DNA of 63,879 nucleotides, filler included, from Sphacelaria rigidula (Eukaryota): NCBI GenBank assembly GCA_964200075.2. It is 10 parts of 10 records of this genome, joined end to end, with 100 filler letters (N's around TTAATTAATTAA, not from the genome) between each part and the next. Parts side by side here need not be neighbours in the genome. Positions count along the whole stretch, not along the records: positions 57,583 to 63,879 come from CAXNAA020020946.1; 9 more parts are not named here. One strand, 5' to 3'. Shown piece by piece: positions 60,106 to 63,879 of this stretch (position 1 is its first letter; each line of letters starts with the position of its first letter). The notes under the pieces were generated by a model. It saw only the letters and a program-made list of their open reading frames with translations, ran no database searches and was not told where the DNA came from. The position numbers and the translations under genes were made by a program.

Positions 60106-63100
60106 CAACCTACAGAGAAGTGATAGCACATTGGTGGGGGGTACTCATGATCATGCCTGCCATAGTCATCAGACCATTGACCTCGCACCACTACAAAGCC
60201 AAGACGGAGCACGCCGGGTTTTCGCCGGACCAGGCTCGCAATCAATCACCAAGTGCGACGCGCCGTGGTGTATTCGGCGAGTCGCATGGAGGGTGAGCTG
60301 CATCCTGCTAGGATTGTTCCGCCCGAATCGTTTTGATTATCTTGCATTTGGATGACACTATGGGAGGGAGGGGGGTACTCATGATCTTGCATGCCATCGT
60401 CGTAAGACCATTGATCTCGCACCACAACAAAGCTGAGACGGAGCACGCCGGGTTTTCGCCGGACCAGGCTCGCAATCAACCACCAAGCGCGAAGCGCCGT
60501 GGTGTGTTCGGCGAGTCGCATGAAGGGCGAGCTGCATCCTGCTAGGATTGTTCCGCCCAGAGCGCACTGATCATATTGCATTTGGATGACAGCCTGCAAT
60601 GAGTTGCTAAATATTTTGGTATCGCCACTTCCAGAGACAGCCAAGGCTTATGAGCGCTGGGCCAGCTGACAGTGATTTTTGGATGAAGAATGGCGATGTG
60701 TTTGATAATTCGAAGAGTTAGGCACTGAAAATCCGGCACGACATTGTATATCAATCCACGCAACCCTATTTAGGGTGCAGAGGAAAAGAAATAATAATAA
60801 CAGGAATTCAAAGCAAGTTGAAGTTTCAGCAAAAACAGTAAAAATGTAATCACTCCATGAAAAAAAAAATTAAAACGGCTGCCCCCCTAACAACGTTGTG
60901 GGCACTTGCGTCCAGGACATACTGGTAGATTTTCAGCCAACAATATCTCACATTGAGCGCCGCATCGCACTTTCCGTGTGACACGGCCACGCCACTTTCC
61001 TCCAAGTGATACAGAAGACTCCACTTATGGGGGTCATGAGTTCGAATCCCGACAGATTCTATTTTTTTTCGTACGTCGTTGCGGTCATACACTATATCGT
61101 GCGGTACATTTTTCTCTTCTTCTTTTTCATTCAGCGGCAGTGCCGTGTGCTGTCAGCTTGGTCTGCACTTCACAGCGGTATGCTCAAGTCGCGCTGATTT
61201 GGGAATTTTGAGAAGTTGTGGTGTGGGAAGCGGATGCGGGATTTACTGCTGGCCTAGCTCGTACACTGCCTCATGGGTGTCTCATCATTCAAACATTACG
61301 TAGTACGGTAACCCCCCTTGCGCGGAGGGGGGGGAGGCTGGGGGGAGACACCGATACCCATTTCCCCACCACAACCCTACAACATGTTGTTTTGTCATAT
61401 CCTGGGAGGTGATGTGTGGTGATCACGGTTGGTTACGCTGTTGGCCAAAATCGGTCAGTAATAGGTATGTTACGGGTGCATTCTGACGCAATGGACGCAC
61501 GTCCCTGGGTAGGAGCGGTTGTTCGGGTGCTTTGAGAACTTTTTTTGTGGGCTTTGATTTTACGCCATCTCTTGCTACTTCTTGAGTGCTTGGTGCTGTC
61601 GGCTTGCGACTGCTTTGCAAGGCATGAATCGTATCTAGCGCTCCCCACGCAGAGGTTGAGGTAGACAGGGCACGGAGAGCAGATGGTCACACTCTGAGCC
61701 GATGTCTAGTTATTCTCAAAAATAGGCAGCTTCGTTGACCACCATGAAGAGTCATGGTGGGTTGGATATGCGCACGTGCGGACTCTGGTTTGTTGCTCCG
61801 GAAACAAATAAACAAAAAAACGCGAGGTCAGGCCGCTCCTTATGGCAGACGGAAAACAAAAATCTGGAAAAAGTGCCATTTTGGAGTTTTGACGTTTTTT
61901 CAAGCCTTAAGAGGAAGCTAGGCGGAATTGACATCTTGGAATGCTCTGCTGGACTCGTTGAGGCAGTTTCAGCGCGTCTGTTCGCTCTTCCGATAATATC
62001 AGTTTTTTCATTACCTACGTTTCATTTTCTCGAAGACCCGTCATCTTTCTCAGAGACCGATGATGTCCAGATAGATTTTGGACAATTTCCTCGACTTGAC
62101 CGCCGCGCCCCGGTAGTGTAATGGTCCGATTGTCACCATTAGGATGAAGAGAACGAGGTTTCGATTCCCCATGCGATGGGTTTTTTCTCCGTAGTGTCTG
62201 ATTTCCACCGTGGAAAGCGTGAGAAGATGAGGAAACAAAGTAGTCGTAGAGTTTGTTTGACGTGAGTTGACGCGATACGGGAGTGCTGATAGTCATGACC
62301 CAATCCACGAGACAAAAAAGCAAGGCGGGTATCGGGGGAGAAATGGGTTGATCTCTTGAGACCAGGGACTCATCCCGAGGAAGTGGAGGGGTTCAAAGTG
62401 CGACAAGTAAATATAAAGTAAAAGAAATTGACCGGTCTCCACGAAACATTGCTGGTCTTGAAAAACATGCAAGTGTGGGCAAGAAAAAAACTGCGATCAC
62501 CGGGAAAACGCGCAGCTGTGCTGGAACCATCTTACCGAGTATCGTAAGTCATTCAAAGGTGTCGAAATCCGCCTAGCTCTCTTGGGGGGCGTAAAACGAC
62601 GCGGGAGCTCCAAAAAAGCACACTTCCATACTTTATTTTACTTTCCACGAGGAGTGGCCTCAGGGGTACTAAAAAACAGAGGACCTGCACCCCTTTCGTT
62701 TCATTTTCGGCTCTCCAGGGGAAGCGGCGGGAGACAAAGTAACTCTTAAATATGACTATTTCGACACCAATTTATGTATAAAACGAGTAGCTTGACCTAA
62801 GGGTGGGGGAGGCAAGCTACTTGAGCTTAGTATTGATGGACCAAGCCCCTTGATCTTAGACTAGGTGAGGGACTTGCGAACGGTAGGCGTATATTCTCTG
62901 TTGACAACTGCGAACCCCCATCCGACGGACTCAGATCGACTCAGATGGACTGAGATCGACTGTGCCACGTTGGAGGTTCAGAACAGCTGTTTTTTCACCA
63001 CACAAAACGCCATTTTTCATGAACATGTGGATGTCGGGCATATATATGGAAACTAATAGTACAGGAGAACCAATGGCCGATTTTTAACCTGCAGTCAAGC

Positions 63101-63879
63101 GAGTGCAGTCAGTATGTATCTTGTATGCCTTCGCTGGATACAACGGAAAGGGACAGTGAGCATGCCATCGCTCTCCACTCAACACAGTCTGCTGCACGCT
63201 GGTGAAGTCTTCGCCTACTGTTCCTCAACAACACTACATACAGTGTGAAGCTACGCTGGCAACACAAGAGGGGTCAGGCAGGCGGCACACATCACGAGAG
63301 AGTAGAAAGCATGCATGTTTGTTGGGTCTCTGTGAGCTCCGTCACACAAGCGTTCACGTCCTGTATACATCGTACGATCTACCGGGCTTGTGGGCCAACC
63401 AGCAGGGGCCAACGATTCTGGGTCGTTGGGTTTTGGCCTTGTTGGGGTGAAATTTACGAAGAGCTAGGTATAGTTTGGCTTTCGCTCTTTACGCGCTTTT
63501 TTTTTTATGCGCGTTTTTCCATTATTTTCTTGTGCCCAAAAGTGATTATTATGCGCCGATCCATGCGTATTTTGGTGAAATATGCGCGACTTATGCGCGT
63601 TTTTCGCGTCCTTGTAGAGGCGGTTCCTGGGTGGTTCCTGGCGGCACCGCCCAGGAAACGTGCCTTCCAGCGAGAAAACAAGACGGCACGTTAAACTTTT
63701 CGAGATTTCACGATTGCCGGTCGCCCCGGTGGCTCGGTAGGTAATCTCGAAACCTCCTGACGGTTGGGTTATGGGTTCAAATATCGGAGCGATCTGGGAT
63801 TTTTTCTCACACTACGCCCCACAGTGGAGAGCGACTATGACGTGGGTACACGAAAATTCGACTCAACGGTCGACGAGGG

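Noticed and set aside
60130..60650. Tandem repeats resembling a CRISPR array
   Set aside because: Units are long degenerate copies without unique spacers, the context is eukaryotic, and there are no cas genes.
61000..61055. GAGTTCGAATCCC B-box suggesting a tRNA gene (a similar T-arm-like hairpin lies near 30181-30201)
   Set aside because: No acceptor or anticodon stems can be formed; at most a SINE remnant.

Overview
Eukaryotic nuclear DNA, most likely a brown alga (Phaeophyceae-like: ~50% GC, short exons in long repeat-rich introns, a stramenopile-type bipartite plastid presequence). The taxon is an inference. The window is not a contiguous locus. It is ten unrelated, size-sorted contigs (6299, 6299, 6299, 6298, 6298, 6298, 6297, 6297, 6297, 6297 bp) joined by 100-bp N-TTAATTAATTAA-N linkers, so adjacency across linkers has no biological meaning. 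Most sequence is transposon-derived: a Ty1/copia 3' half with PPT and a complete LTR, several decayed LINEs, a hAT remnant, a DD39D-mariner deletion derivative, piggyBac-, Tc1/mariner- and Sola-like non-autonomous elements, tRNA-derived SINE heads and a very abundant unclassified repeat. Host gene fragments: 6-phosphofructo-2-kinase exons, a PPR exon, three Ig-like-repeat exons and a plastid-targeted N-terminus. The most notable feature is a spliced four-exon gene end (45125-48055) that fuses a TKL-type kinase C-lobe, two ubiquitin-like domains (the second a 76-aa unit ending FRGG) and a C-terminal 'KPVIxLYP...YPYLFWE...YWLP...GFxVVEWGG' domain of unknown function. This suggests a kinase-ubiquitin-effector polyprotein that could be cleaved by a deubiquitinase.
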